Part shown: one piece after another, positions 49,613-59,188 of the stretch | Layout: each line of letters begins with the position of its first letter | How positions within the stretch are numbered: position 1 is the first letter of the stretch | Virus record (IMG/VR): IMGVR_UViG_3300045256_000294 | Span: 1 to 64,000 of that record | DNA length: 64,000 nt | Direction: 5' to 3' (one strand) | Source of the DNA: a virus | Translations under genes and position numbers: made by a program | The notes under the pieces: model-generated | What the model saw: only the letters and a program-made list of their open reading frames with translations | Database searches by the model: none | What the model was told of the DNA's origin: nothing

Positions 49613-50200
49613 ATGGCACTGAATAAAGCGGAGAAAATGCTCATAGAGGGCATCGACAGCATGCTCCAGCAGGATGCCAAGCTGGGTTTGTCCTTCCACG
49701 ACCAGGACGCCCCAGAAAACAAGCAAGACTGGCGTGGCTACCAGTATCTACATGAACAGATCAACGATATGTTCATGCTCAAGGCGGCTGACCTCACCCA
49801 CTTCGAAGGCATCAACTCCGCCTTCCGCAAAGTCCACAACTACAAGTACGTGGACGACTGGACTTTCCTCCCTGCCATGGACAAGGAGATGGTGTCCCAG
49901 GGCGTCCCCCGCGAGGAGCGAATCAAGGCCCTCGAATTCGTCCCAAAGATCATCGAAGAACTACGTTCCGAACACCATATGTGGGCGGAGCGGGACGGCG
50001 GTTTGAACCCGAAGATAGACGAGATCCGGAAGGTGAGCAAGCCCAAACAGAAAGGCAAGTTCAAGATCCACAACGCCCCAATCAACAAGCGGAACGTAGA
50101 CAAGCCGAAGCATGGCGACGGCTCACCGGCCCACACCAGCCAGGGCAAGCCGCCGATGCCCGATGACAGCCACGACAATGACGACGTGGACCCCCGATGA
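49613..50200 (+). CDS. hypothetical protein
   Basis: 195 aa, AGGAGG SD. Confidence 0.8.
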   Translation: MALNKAEKMLIEGIDSMLQQDAKLGLSFHDQDAPENKQDWRGYQYLHEQINDMFMLKAADLTHFEGINSAFRKVHNYKYVDDWTFLPAMDKEMVSQGVPREERIKALEFVPKIIEELRSEHHMWAERDGGLNPKIDEIRKVSKPKQKGKFKIHNAPINKRNVDKPKHGDGSPAHTSQGKPPMPDDSHDNDDVDPR

Positions 50201-50215
50201 CGGCGAAGGGAACTA

Positions 50216-50461
50216 ATGAAGCTCAAGTCGATCCGCGAGAACTTTCTATCGCAGAAGATGCGAGACGCGATCATCTCGTCTAAGGCTCTCTGTGACCGGC
50301 CCCTGCCTGTCGCCTCAGACGCCCCTTACGAAGCCTCTTCAGGCCACGATGCCATCTCCTCAGCCAGTGCCGCCCCCAGCCAAGTAACAGGCGTCGGCCG
50401 CAAACCGCGGCACCGCCGCTATTTCGGAATGGAAACGCGGCCAGGCACCATCCGCCTCTAG
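50216..50461 (+). CDS. small hypothetical protein (MKLKSIRE N-terminus)
   Basis: 81-aa ORF with SD-like AAGGGA. Confidence 0.65.
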   Translation: MKLKSIRENFLSQKMRDAIISSKALCDRPLPVASDAPYEASSGHDAISSASAAPSQVTGVGRKPRHRRYFGMETRPGTIRL

Positions 50462-51291
50462 TAGACGGAAATGACACCCGCCCCATTACACTTCGGGCAG
50501 CTAACTTCCTGCTTGACACCCCGCACCGGCTGGACAATGACGCAGGTCCCATGACATATGGGGCACTCACTTTGGGTATTCTGATACCCGGCACGAGCGA
50601 AGTTGGGAACGCGGTCGTGGTCGATAGAGTCCTTGGCCATCTTCTTGAAGCGGCCCTGGAGCTTCCCGTCGTCTTCCTTCTTGGAGATCTTCAGACGAGT
50701 AGTACCCATACCGTCAACCCGCTTCTCTTCAATGACGATGGGCTGACCGGCTCGGCCTTCGACCACGGCTAGCTTCGCCTTCCCCTTCTTGGCTTGAAGA
50801 AGCCCTGCTCGCTGATCCTGCGGTAGGTTGCTTGCCGCGATGCTGGTGGCGTCGAGGGAGGCGTGCCCCGCCACACTGACCGAACCCCCGCCAAAATTCG
50901 CCGTACCAGCAGCAGAAACCATCCCTCTCGACTTCTTGGCGTCGAGGATGGCGGTGTCAACGACGTCATCTCCTTGGAGTTCTTCGGCGAGGATGGTTCC
51001 TTCGGGGGCGAAGTCGGGCTTGGGCTGGGGCTTGGGGGCCATGACGGGGACGACGAGGCCGCTTTTAGATTGCTCCAAGCTAGCGACGTCGTATCCCATA
51101 GCCTTGAGTTGTTCCAGCAGGGCTTTGGCCTTCCTATCCTTCTCCAGGTAGGCCGCCTTGACCGTCTTGGGAGTGGCGTCTTCCGCGTGGACATCGCAGA
51201 TATCGCAAGTCACCTTCTTCCCATCATCAAGCTTCACCGCCATCTGGGTATTTAAAGTCGTAGTAGCTTCGCAGAACACGCACTGAGCCAT
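50458..51291 (-). CDS. Zn-binding protein with C-terminal DnaJ-type CxxCxGxG repeats
   Basis: CVFC, CDIC..H, CPICHGT...CPKCNGAG. Confidence 0.75.
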   Translation of the reverse strand: MAQCVFCEATTTLNTQMAVKLDDGKKVTCDICDVHAEDATPKTVKAAYLEKDRKAKALLEQLKAMGYDVASLEQSKSGLVVPVMAPKPQPKPDFAPEGTILAEELQGDDVVDTAILDAKKSRGMVSAAGTANFGGGSVSVAGHASLDATSIAASNLPQDQRAGLLQAKKGKAKLAVVEGRAGQPIVIEEKRVDGMGTTRLKISKKEDDGKLQGRFKKMAKDSIDHDRVPNFARAGYQNTQSECPICHGTCVIVQPVRGVKQEVSCPKCNGAGVISVY

Positions 51292-51315
51292 AATATTCAC
51301 TCCAAAAGGTGGCCC

Positions 51316-51765
51316 ATGCCAACCAAGGTATGTATCATCGACGTTGACCTGGGGCTCAGCGTTGACGACATCATCGGCGAAGAAGTCGAAGACCTAACCG
51401 GAGCTGCGGCCAAGGAACTCAACAATGCCCTAGAGATCGCCAAAGCTACCCAGAGGGTGAAGCAGGAGCGAGATGCCGCCACCCGCAAAGCCGACACCAA
51501 GCTCAACGACGCTATGGAAGGAGCCTTCAAGAGCCTCGTCGAAGCTGGTGACGCCGGGCTACCAGTCAGCACGGTTATGGCCGCGGTAACTGGCGTGGTC
51601 CCCAACTCCTCAGCCTTCGCCTTACGGATGAAAAGCATCTTGTCACAGAAGGGGAACCCTTACATCCTGGAGAGGAAGAAGGTTCACGGCACCCCCCACT
51701 ATGTCTTCATGCCGTTCAACTATCAACCAGAACCGCCGCCCCCGGCGGACGGTTCGCAACAGTAA
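51316..51765 (+). CDS. hypothetical protein (possible winged helix)
   Basis: 149-aa ORF. Confidence 0.7.
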   Translation: MPTKVCIIDVDLGLSVDDIIGEEVEDLTGAAAKELNNALEIAKATQRVKQERDAATRKADTKLNDAMEGAFKSLVEAGDAGLPVSTVMAAVTGVVPNSSAFALRMKSILSQKGNPYILERKKVHGTPHYVFMPFNYQPEPPPPADGSQQ

Positions 51766-51771
51766 TTACTC

Positions 51772-52071
51772 ATGAGCATCACCGAGAACAGCAAACTCAC
51801 CTTCGGCAAACACAAAGGCACCCCGCTGAAGTATTGCCCACCTGGGTACCTGAAATGGCTCAGTGAGAACCTCAGTGGTGGCGATTTCCACGAATGGGCC
51901 ACAGCAGCAGCCGAAACCCTCCGCATCCTAGAATCCGAAGGAGCCGCAGCCGCCAGCATCGAAAAGCAGGCCGACGATTTCCTCAGACAGCACGGCGTAG
52001 ACCCCCAGAAGTACAAAAATGTACAACATCCACAGCGCAATCGCAATGGCCCTCGTCGAAGACGGTATTGA
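51772..52071 (+). CDS. DUF3820-like (FGKHKG) small protein
   Basis: LTFGKHKGTPL...PPGYLKWL motif. Confidence 0.8.
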   Translation: MSITENSKLTFGKHKGTPLKYCPPGYLKWLSENLSGGDFHEWATAAAETLRILESEGAAAASIEKQADDFLRQHGVDPQKYKNVQHPQRNRNGPRRRRY

Positions 52072-52288
52072 CGCTTTCGCCTTCCACCGCACTAAAGGCA
52101 CACGCGAGAACGTCGTCATCCGGGTCGCCCGCCGCCACGGACCCATCTATGTCTTCACCGCCTTTGCCGAAGGCGACATCTTCGTCATCGGCAAAAGCGA
52201 CCATTTCATCCGGGCACGATTCGACCTCGCCAACCCAGGCTGCTGGGGCCAGATCAGGACGCCATCGAATTTATGTCGTTCTCGGTAA
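52019..52288 (+). CDS. small D-L-A-N-P family protein
   Basis: 89 aa, IHSAIAMALVEDG N-terminus, FDLANPGCWGQI C-terminus. Confidence 0.6.
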   Translation: MYNIHSAIAMALVEDGIDAFAFHRTKGTRENVVIRVARRHGPIYVFTAFAEGDIFVIGKSDHFIRARFDLANPGCWGQIRTPSNLCRSR

Positions 52289-53200
52289 TCATTCGTCAAT
52301 GTCCTCGACGCTATTCAGTACCGACAACACCGTCCGAGCCGCCCGGCCCAACTCACGCCGACCGCGGTCCGACAGCCTCTTGGCGAACGGCCGGTCGATG
52401 TTGGTATCCAGGAGTTTTACGATCTCCTGCACCCGCTTCTCCGTCGCCGGATCGCCCTTCACCGACGCCGGCACCCCGTCCTTGAGCCACTCAGCGATTT
52501 CCTCTCGGAAATCACGAGCCCGGTGCAGTTGGTAAGTGCCGTCCTCACGCAAGTGCAGGATGTAACCGTCCGAGAGTTGGATGTCAGGCTTGTTCCGCTC
52601 CATGATGAGACGATACAGCGACAGTTGGATGCTGTACTCATTGAGCTTGCAGTTGTCGTAGGCGTGGAAAGGCGGCAACAGCTTCTCATAGCGGTTGGTG
52701 ACCTCGAACTTGCTGCCGGTCTTCCAGTCGAAGATACACGCCAACCTGGACTTGGCTTTGTAGGGAAGGATAGATATGAGACTGTCCACCCGTCCGGCTA
52801 CCCCTAACTCCTCGTCGCCGACCACAAACTCCTGCTTGACCACCTTGGCGTCGAGTTCGGCCCGTAACTTGGTCCAGGCATCGTCGAAAGCGTCCATCTC
52901 CGGGAGCCGGTCGTTAACACGTCCCATGATAGGGTCAACCTTGCCAGCCATCACGTCTTCGATGTACTGGTGCAGACGGGTGCCCTTGTCCCGGCTTTTG
53001 GCTCCTTTCGCCTCCCATTGACGGAGGATCTCGGCCTGTGTCACCCCGGAGCGTTCAGCCATTTTCAGGCTGATACTGTCTTTGTCGAACTCCGGGATAA
53101 CGCTTTTGAGAACGGTTGTAACTGAGACGAGATTCTTGTCACCGATGCGGTAGCCGTGGTTTACCGAATCGACTACGATGTCGCTGAAACGAGTTGGCAT
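52289..53200 (-). CDS. PD-(D/E)xK exonuclease (RecB/Cas4-like)
   Basis: SVTT, GTRLH, E, AGRVD, IFDWKT, YSIQLSLY motifs. Confidence 0.88.
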   Translation of the reverse strand: MPTRFSDIVVDSVNHGYRIGDKNLVSVTTVLKSVIPEFDKDSISLKMAERSGVTQAEILRQWEAKGAKSRDKGTRLHQYIEDVMAGKVDPIMGRVNDRLPEMDAFDDAWTKLRAELDAKVVKQEFVVGDEELGVAGRVDSLISILPYKAKSRLACIFDWKTGSKFEVTNRYEKLLPPFHAYDNCKLNEYSIQLSLYRLIMERNKPDIQLSDGYILHLREDGTYQLHRARDFREEIAEWLKDGVPASVKGDPATEKRVQEIVKLLDTNIDRPFAKRLSDRGRRELGRAARTVLSVLNSVEDIDE

Positions 53201-53916
53201 TGCTGTTCCTTGTGCCGAGTCACGAACTTGGCATAGTCTTCATGATTATTAATACCCACGAAATCGACGTGATCAATGAGGACTTTAACTCTATACCCAG
53301 CCTGCAACCACTGCAATTGCTCCAGACACTCACCACCGGCTGTCGTCGGCTTCATTAGGAACAGACGTCGCAGGAATTTAGGGGAGTAAGCGTAGATGCC
53401 GACGTGCTTGAGCCAAGGACCGCCAGTCGGAATCGCCTGACGACTAAACCACAGGGCATTGCTTGCGTGATCGAGAACCACTTTTACAACATCCGGATCG
53501 CGAGCAACCGCAGAATCTTCCGTGGGTGAGGCGAGAGTAGCGACATCGCAGAACCCGGCCTTAACCGATTCAGCGAGACTGTCAATGTGATGACCAGGGA
53601 GGTCGGGCTCATCGCCCTGGAAGTTGACTACGACGTGATCGTCGTCCACGAAGTAGGTGCTGACGAAGTTGGCGATCCTTTCGGTGCCACTTTTAGCCGG
53701 GCCGGTCCTCACCACTTGAACTTTGGGATTACCGTAATCTCTGACTAGATTCTCGATCTCTTTGTCGGGGGTGACAACAAAGACGACGCTCGTCAATTTG
53801 GATCCCAACACTCGGTCGATGGTGTGGTAGAGGAGCGGCCTCCCGGTGTCAGTCAGGACCAGCTTGTTAGCAAGCCGTGTGGAACCCAACCGAGCCGGGA
53901 TAGCCGTGATAATCAT
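53173..53916 (-). CDS. kdsB: 3-deoxy-manno-octulosonate cytidylyltransferase (CMP-Kdo synthetase)
   Basis: IPARLGSTRL..K, SGTERI, VNFQGDEP, VKVV, ALWFSR..IP, HVGIYAY, LEQLQWL motifs. Confidence 0.92.
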   Translation of the reverse strand: MIITAIPARLGSTRLANKLVLTDTGRPLLYHTIDRVLGSKLTSVVFVVTPDKEIENLVRDYGNPKVQVVRTGPAKSGTERIANFVSTYFVDDDHVVVNFQGDEPDLPGHHIDSLAESVKAGFCDVATLASPTEDSAVARDPDVVKVVLDHASNALWFSRQAIPTGGPWLKHVGIYAYSPKFLRRLFLMKPTTAGGECLEQLQWLQAGYRVKVLIDHVDFVGINNHEDYAKFVTRHKEQQCQLVSATS

Positions 53917-54863
53917 GGGCGCACCAGGATTTGCTTCTTGAACGGCTTGAAATTGCGGTTGGCGTAACGAACAAGCCGCGTGATACAGCTACTCACGTCA
54001 ATACACCAGTCCCACTGAGCATAGGAGCCTACTGAGTAGACGCCCTTCTGCTCCAAGTGTTCCAGATTCGGCATCGGCCCCATCGGGATGTAGTCGCCGA
54101 CGCTGGTCCCATCCAAAATCTCGAAGTCCGGCATCAAAGCCATAAAATACGGCCCAGGCTGCTGGATCTCCTCATGACAGTAGAACAGATACCTGTCAGG
54201 GGCGATGTTAGCCACCTTGTAGAACGAGAATTTCGAGTCGGTGATAAGAGTCTGATTGTAACCCTCAAAATCCAGGTGCTTGGTCTGGATGTGGAAGAAG
54301 TGGGCTGGTTTGGCCGGCAACTCCTGCTGCAAGCCCATTAGGTTGTTCAAGACATTAAGAGGGATGGTGTTGACAGCGTTGTCGAACTCTTCCTTCTTCC
54401 CGTTCCGAACGAAATAGTGGTCACCGATCTCAGTGATCTTGCCCTTGGCGTGCTCCTCCTTGAGTTCACCCAAATACCGCTGGAGTAGTTCGCCGTAGAG
54501 TTGATTGACCCGGATGTCGTAGATGAAAAGATCAAGCCGATTGTTCATGTAGGGTTCAGCCTGACCCGGCACTTGGAGGCCGAAGATCTTGGTCAGCCAG
54601 TCCTGGCAGAGGCCCTTGTCATACTTGCCGAAAAGGTGCCCGCCGACGTCGAAGGCCCGGCGGTACAAGAAGGTTTTGGTCGGTGCCCGGCAGATATCGC
54701 GGACTGGTTCATCAATCTCCTCGCTGCAGATGATAAAGTTGTCATCCAGGGCGGGGTTGAACGTGAAGAATCGGCTCCGGCCGAACGGGATCACCGTCCA
54801 ACCGGGTAGTAGGGCCTTGGCGAATAGGCCGGTGATACCAGAACCAAAGATGACGTTCTTCAT
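53913..54863 (-). CDS. FAD-dependent oxidoreductase-like protein
   Basis: N-terminal VIFGSGITGL Rossmann motif, NTIPL, YSVGSYAQW. Confidence 0.7.
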   Translation of the reverse strand: MKNVIFGSGITGLFAKALLPGWTVIPFGRSRFFTFNPALDDNFIICSEEIDEPVRDICRAPTKTFLYRRAFDVGGHLFGKYDKGLCQDWLTKIFGLQVPGQAEPYMNNRLDLFIYDIRVNQLYGELLQRYLGELKEEHAKGKITEIGDHYFVRNGKKEEFDNAVNTIPLNVLNNLMGLQQELPAKPAHFFHIQTKHLDFEGYNQTLITDSKFSFYKVANIAPDRYLFYCHEEIQQPGPYFMALMPDFEILDGTSVGDYIPMGPMPNLEHLEQKGVYSVGSYAQWDWCIDVSSCITRLVRYANRNFKPFKKQILVRP

Positions 54864-55573
54864 TCCACCATGTCCTTGTCGTCAAAATCTTGTTCCTCAC
54901 CCAGACCGTCCGCCTTCTCGACCTCGACGGGCCGGGTAGAGGCCATCTTGGTAAGAGTGAATGGATCGTCCGGGCTCTGCTGTTCCTCGATCCGCGGCGG
55001 GACGACCTGCTGGATCATGACCTTGGGAGCCGGGGTATCGGCGACCGGAGCCGGGGCCGGTGCTGGCAGAGTAATCGCCTGTGGCTTTTTCTTGCCCTTC
55101 TTTGGTTTCTTCCCGCGAGGCGGCCTCGCGGCCGAGGCTGTTGGTGCGACGGAAGGCACGGGAGAGGCCAGGACGGGGCTCTCCGGCATAGCGAACCGAT
55201 CGGCCACCGTTCCAACCTTCTCCGCCAACGGCTGCTTGGGGTCGTGTAGAATCGGGTCGAGTTCGAATGCCTGAATCCGCCCTGTCTTGATCGGGTTCAG
55301 GAACGGGTCTTGGACAGGCGGCGGGGCTGGCTTACAGACGGGACAGGCTACAACAACCGCCTGGAATGGCGGGTCACCCAATTTCACGTCCAGTTCAAAC
55401 CCCTGTCCGCAGTCCGGACACGTCGTTATCACTCGCGATGGCTTGACCACCACCCCGAAAGCGTTGGTCATCGTCATCTGGTTGACGACATCAGAGTCGA
55501 ACTGGAATGGCCGTCCGGTGATGGACTTGCCATTGATGGTCAGGGGAACGAGGTCGTATGGGTTGTAGTTCAC
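54860..55573 (-). CDS. hypothetical Zn-ribbon, Pro/Ala-rich protein
   Basis: CPDC...CPVC. Confidence 0.7.
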   Translation of the reverse strand: MNYNPYDLVPLTINGKSITGRPFQFDSDVVNQMTMTNAFGVVVKPSRVITTCPDCGQGFELDVKLGDPPFQAVVVACPVCKPAPPPVQDPFLNPIKTGRIQAFELDPILHDPKQPLAEKVGTVADRFAMPESPVLASPVPSVAPTASAARPPRGKKPKKGKKKPQAITLPAPAPAPVADTPAPKVMIQQVVPPRIEEQQSPDDPFTLTKMASTRPVEVEKADGLGEEQDFDDKDMVE

Positions 55574-55857
55574 TTCTTCTCCACCTGGGAAACGGCACCG
55601 ACATTCCCGACCGGATACCGTTTGCCGTCTTTTTTGAGGATCTCGCGGCGAATCACTGGACCGTGGGTTGACTCCCGATATTCCAGCATGTACTCGCCTT
55701 CTGAGTCCTGGATCGGGTACATCGTCATTTCAAGGATGACTTTCTCATCCTTGTGCGGGTCCTCAAGCTGGACAGGGTTTGGGTCCTGACAAACCAGGAC
55801 CACCGCACCCAGAATGAGGATAATCACGAGCAGGCGGGCTACGAGTTTGTTGACCAT
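55570..55857 (-). CDS. small membrane-anchored protein
   Basis: N-terminal hydrophobic stretch ending VVLVC. Confidence 0.6.
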   Translation of the reverse strand: MVNKLVARLLVIILILGAVVLVCQDPNPVQLEDPHKDEKVILEMTMYPIQDSEGEYMLEYRESTHGPVIRREILKKDGKRYPVGNVGAVSQVEKK

Positions 55858-56312
55858 TCCCCTGCTACCTTCCGGACGGTGCCGGCGTTAGTTGTCAATT
55901 GCTTGTACATATCATCCGTGATATTCATCTCGACGTACCGCTCGTCAGTCTTGACCACCGGCGGCTTTTGCGTGGTCCGCACATCGACCTTGGTGACGGC
56001 CACGTGATAGTAGCTGTAGGTGCCGGTCATGAGTCGCCCACTCAAATCACAAAGCGTCCCAATGACCACACGCCGCTTGGGTGACTGGATTTTGGCGAAA
56101 TTAGCAACGATCAGCTTCTTGTGCTTGTCGAAGCACGCCGGGCAGACGTCGAGTGAGAATATCACGGGGAATTGGACGATCTGGTCCAGAGGCGGCTTGA
56201 CGTTGCCGTAGACCTCGACCGGTCGGAAATCATAAGAGTAGTATGTGAAATCGTGGCGGCAACCTAGGCCGCACACGTCACAAGCGATACCATCTTTTGT
56301 TGGTAATTGCAT
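55839..56312 (-). CDS. hypothetical Cys-rich protein
   Basis: CDVCG, DVCPAC, CDLSG. Confidence 0.7.
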   Translation of the reverse strand: MQLPTKDGIACDVCGLGCRHDFTYYSYDFRPVEVYGNVKPPLDQIVQFPVIFSLDVCPACFDKHKKLIVANFAKIQSPKRRVVIGTLCDLSGRLMTGTYSYYHVAVTKVDVRTTQKPPVVKTDERYVEMNITDDMYKQLTTNAGTVRKVAGEWSTNS

Positions 56313-56324
56313 ACCCTACGTACA

Positions 56325-57533
56325 TCACCGTTCCCTCAGAGCCATGATGATCTCGCCGCGAGCAAGGGCGAAAGTACCCCGTTTGTCGTCGTAGTCCACA
56401 AACATCTGAACCGCCTTCCCCCTGGAAATGATATTCAGATCTTGATTCTGTAGTTCGTTGAACCACACGAAAACCAGGGCCGTCTGGATACCGTCGGTAA
56501 TGAAGACCTTAAGGTACGGCTTGTTGGTCTTGGTCATGCCGTCAACGACGTCCTGAATGATCCCCTCAAGCTTGACCTCACCGCCCGTCTTGGCGTTCTC
56601 CTTCGCCTGGGCGATCGTGCAGCCCTCGCACTTATACACGTCCAGCGGCGAATCGATCCAGTAGCCCAGGAACTGCTTCTGGAACAATAGCCGATCTTCC
56701 ATGGTGAAGTCATCAGGGAAGAGGGCCATCACCTTATCGCGGGTATCCTTTGGCTTCGGCTGCCAATTCTTCAACTTGTCCGGGATCTTATTCCGCTTGG
56801 GGAACGTCCGTTTCCACTCCATGATCTGACGCTGGCGTTCCTCGTTGATAGTCTTGGGGTTCCAGCCCTCAAGTTCCAGGAGCTTAGCCCGCACCGCCCG
56901 GCGGAGTTCCGTCATGTTCTTACCGGACTTACAATATTTGTACTGGTAGTATTGCCATAGAGCCTGAGCGTTCTCGTGGCCCGGCAGGTGGCGGAAGGCC
57001 CCCAACTTGATGAACCGCTCCAACACCGTCTTCGACTGACGACCAGGGGCCGACTCCACGAACTCATCGATATCCCGATACTTGCCCTTCCCTTCGAAGG
57101 CGAGAGCCGCCTTCTTGCCCAATCCCTTGATACCGATGAGCCCCTGATTCACCGTGTCTCCAGTCACGGTGAAGTTGCTGGTCATATGCTCAATGTTCAC
57201 CACCGAGAAACGGACGTTGCGAGGCTTCTCCTTACCGCCTTTGTACTTCCCACAGTAAGTGATTTCAGTTGGGTTCCACTCTTCAGCACGAGCCACACTC
57301 ATGTACCGCACCAACTTGTCCGGGTGGCAGTCGGACATAACCGCCGCCCAGAACTCCGGTGCGAAGTGAGCCTTAAGCCACAGACATTTAAGGGCCACGA
57401 GGCAGTAGGAGACGGCGTGGGAATTACGATGTACTGCCGCAGAAGAATCAGTTATGTAATTGTGTTCCGAAGACGCCATTTCTGGCGAATACGTTTGCCG
57501 CATCCCTAAGGATCGATACGATACGATCTTCAT
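56325..57533 (-). CDS. dnaE: DNA polymerase III alpha C-terminal part preceded by split-intein C-fragment
   Basis: MKIVSYRSLG...VHRN|SHAVSY...WLKAHF..EF, GIKGLG, GAF, LGYW..PL, OB-fold tail. Confidence 0.93.
   Translation of the reverse strand: MKIVSYRSLGMRQTYSPEMASSEHNYITDSSAAVHRNSHAVSYCLVALKCLWLKAHFAPEFWAAVMSDCHPDKLVRYMSVARAEEWNPTEITYCGKYKGGKEKPRNVRFSVVNIEHMTSNFTVTGDTVNQGLIGIKGLGKKAALAFEGKGKYRDIDEFVESAPGRQSKTVLERFIKLGAFRHLPGHENAQALWQYYQYKYCKSGKNMTELRRAVRAKLLELEGWNPKTINEERQRQIMEWKRTFPKRNKIPDKLKNWQPKPKDTRDKVMALFPDDFTMEDRLLFQKQFLGYWIDSPLDVYKCEGCTIAQAKENAKTGGEVKLEGIIQDVVDGMTKTNKPYLKVFITDGIQTALVFVWFNELQNQDLNIISRGKAVQMFVDYDDKRGTFALARGEIIMALRER
57423..57533 (-). mobile_element. split intein C-fragment (37 aa)
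   Basis: MKI....LG...TY.......HNY......HRN|S, same layout as cyanobacterial DnaE IntC. Confidence 0.9.
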
Positions 57534-59188
57534 AACAACTCCAATTTGTAATGTCCAGCATCCCACAGCCGTCTATACCCATTGGCGAACATATTCTGGG
57601 CTTCGGTCAATTCGGCCTTAAAATCAGGCAAGAGACCAGGTAACTTATGCTTCTGAAACATCTGTCGCGGATACACTTTCTGGCCTTTACAATAACTATA
57701 CCCAGGAGGGGTCACACCACGCTTGACGAACCCAGCTGCAATATAAGCGGCAGCAGTTGGTGAATAACGGCGATCCACATACGTGAATACGCTGCCAAGG
57801 CCCGACCGTTTCATCAACCGGCTAAGGCCGCCCACAACCATTGTGTCCAATAAATTACAGAACCGCATTAACTCCCACCTCCCATGTAAATTGTTGAACG
57901 AAGCCGCAGCAACAATACAACCGCCTTTTTCCAGTGCCAAATAGCGACTAGATCGCCTATGCCCGTGTAAGTGATTGTGGTCAAAAAACATTTTCATCTC
58001 CGCTTCTGTGGGTTCGGTCACAACACAGTCCCTGGCGTAGACCCTCGATTTCACCAAACCGAGCTTGGAACGCAACATCGACTTTACGATTTGTGGCTTA
58101 TCACGCCATTCTGATTCATAAATCTGAATCAACGAAAAGCCTTTATCCAAAGCAGCATCCAACTTGTTATAGTGGCGGTATGACTCTTCCCTAGTTTCTG
58201 GCCTGTTATATGAGTGCCAATATAAACCATGGTACTCTATCCCAACGTTACCAGCAACAATATCAATCTCTTGGCCATCAAGGATATTGCGGTCATTACG
58301 AACACACTGCGTCAATGATCCAACAAATTCCGCTAACTCCATTTCGCCTTTAGAACTCGTTTTAGCCGAATCACAAAACCGGCACCCAGCCCCTTTGAGA
58401 TGATTCTGAGCTAGTTGTACAACATGTCCATGTATATCACACTTATAAACGATATGACTCAGCGATGACTCATACGTACTATCCGAATAATCGTATCTGC
58501 CACCATGGACAACTGCACAGCGCTCGAAGAATTCAGTCGCTGTTAATTTAGATCGCTCGGCCGCGCAGGTTGGACAGCCATGTCCTCGCACATGATTGGA
58601 CGGTAGCTGGACGAATGGGCCATGGTGCGGACACACGACCGTAAATGCCACATCGGTGCTTACGTAAACTGTTTTCGAATAATCATAAAAACCATCATGT
58701 ACTAATGAACAACGAGCTAAGAATTCAGCAGCATTATTCCGCCGCGCCGCATTAACTCTAGCTACATATTCTGGATCGGCGAATTTTTTCTTTATAGCCG
58801 CAGAAATCTTTTCAGCGAACTCCTTACTACTACTCAACCGCCGAGCACAGTCCCGCATTTTGGTGCGATAGGCATCATCCAGCCACAGCCGCTTTGACCT
58901 TTCAGACGACCCAGCCACAATCTTATCAATAGCAGATTTTGATGCCAACGAAGCAGCCGCGACGACTGACGGGAGGGCACGATAGCAACTTGGGCAATGG
59001 TAATCAACTACGTGTTTAGATTGATTGTTAACAGTCCGCACAAGTTCTGCAAATACAACAGTCCTCTGCAATTTACAATTAGCACAAATGGCCGTTACCC
59101 TTTCCTTACTTTTCGGACGAGTTGCCTTGGCCACCAGTCTGAGCCTGGGCGACATCCAATCCTTTGTCGATAATTTCTCTAACTTCAT
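57530..59188 (-). CDS. free-standing homing endonuclease (Hef-like; DUF723-type repeats, Vsr-like nuclease, GNAT-like C-terminus)
   Basis: H..YDYS...CP.HG.F.Q..NH..G.GCP repeats, SKGE.E, EIDI, IEYHGLYWH, VYAR.C, ELMRFC, YVDRRYS. Confidence 0.88.
   Translation of the reverse strand: MKLEKLSTKDWMSPRLRLVAKATRPKSKERVTAICANCKLQRTVVFAELVRTVNNQSKHVVDYHCPSCYRALPSVVAAASLASKSAIDKIVAGSSERSKRLWLDDAYRTKMRDCARRLSSSKEFAEKISAAIKKKFADPEYVARVNAARRNNAAEFLARCSLVHDGFYDYSKTVYVSTDVAFTVVCPHHGPFVQLPSNHVRGHGCPTCAAERSKLTATEFFERCAVVHGGRYDYSDSTYESSLSHIVYKCDIHGHVVQLAQNHLKGAGCRFCDSAKTSSKGEMELAEFVGSLTQCVRNDRNILDGQEIDIVAGNVGIEYHGLYWHSYNRPETREESYRHYNKLDAALDKGFSLIQIYESEWRDKPQIVKSMLRSKLGLVKSRVYARDCVVTEPTEAEMKMFFDHNHLHGHRRSSRYLALEKGGCIVAAASFNNLHGRWELMRFCNLLDTMVVGGLSRLMKRSGLGSVFTYVDRRYSPTAAAYIAAGFVKRGVTPPGYSYCKGQKVYPRQMFQKHKLPGLLPDFKAELTEAQNMFANGYRRLWDAGHYKLELL

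Noticed and set aside
52289-53200. Cas4-like nuclease as a sign of a CRISPR system
   Set aside because: No repeat-spacer array or other cas genes seen; stand-alone PD-(D/E)xK exonucleases are common in phages
15380-54863. Interpreting the window as bacterial chromosome because of pyrC, pyrE, kdsB, recA and dnaE
   Set aside because: These genes are interleaved with T4-like virion and replication genes and many phage-type hypotheticals; no ribosomal or housekeeping operons
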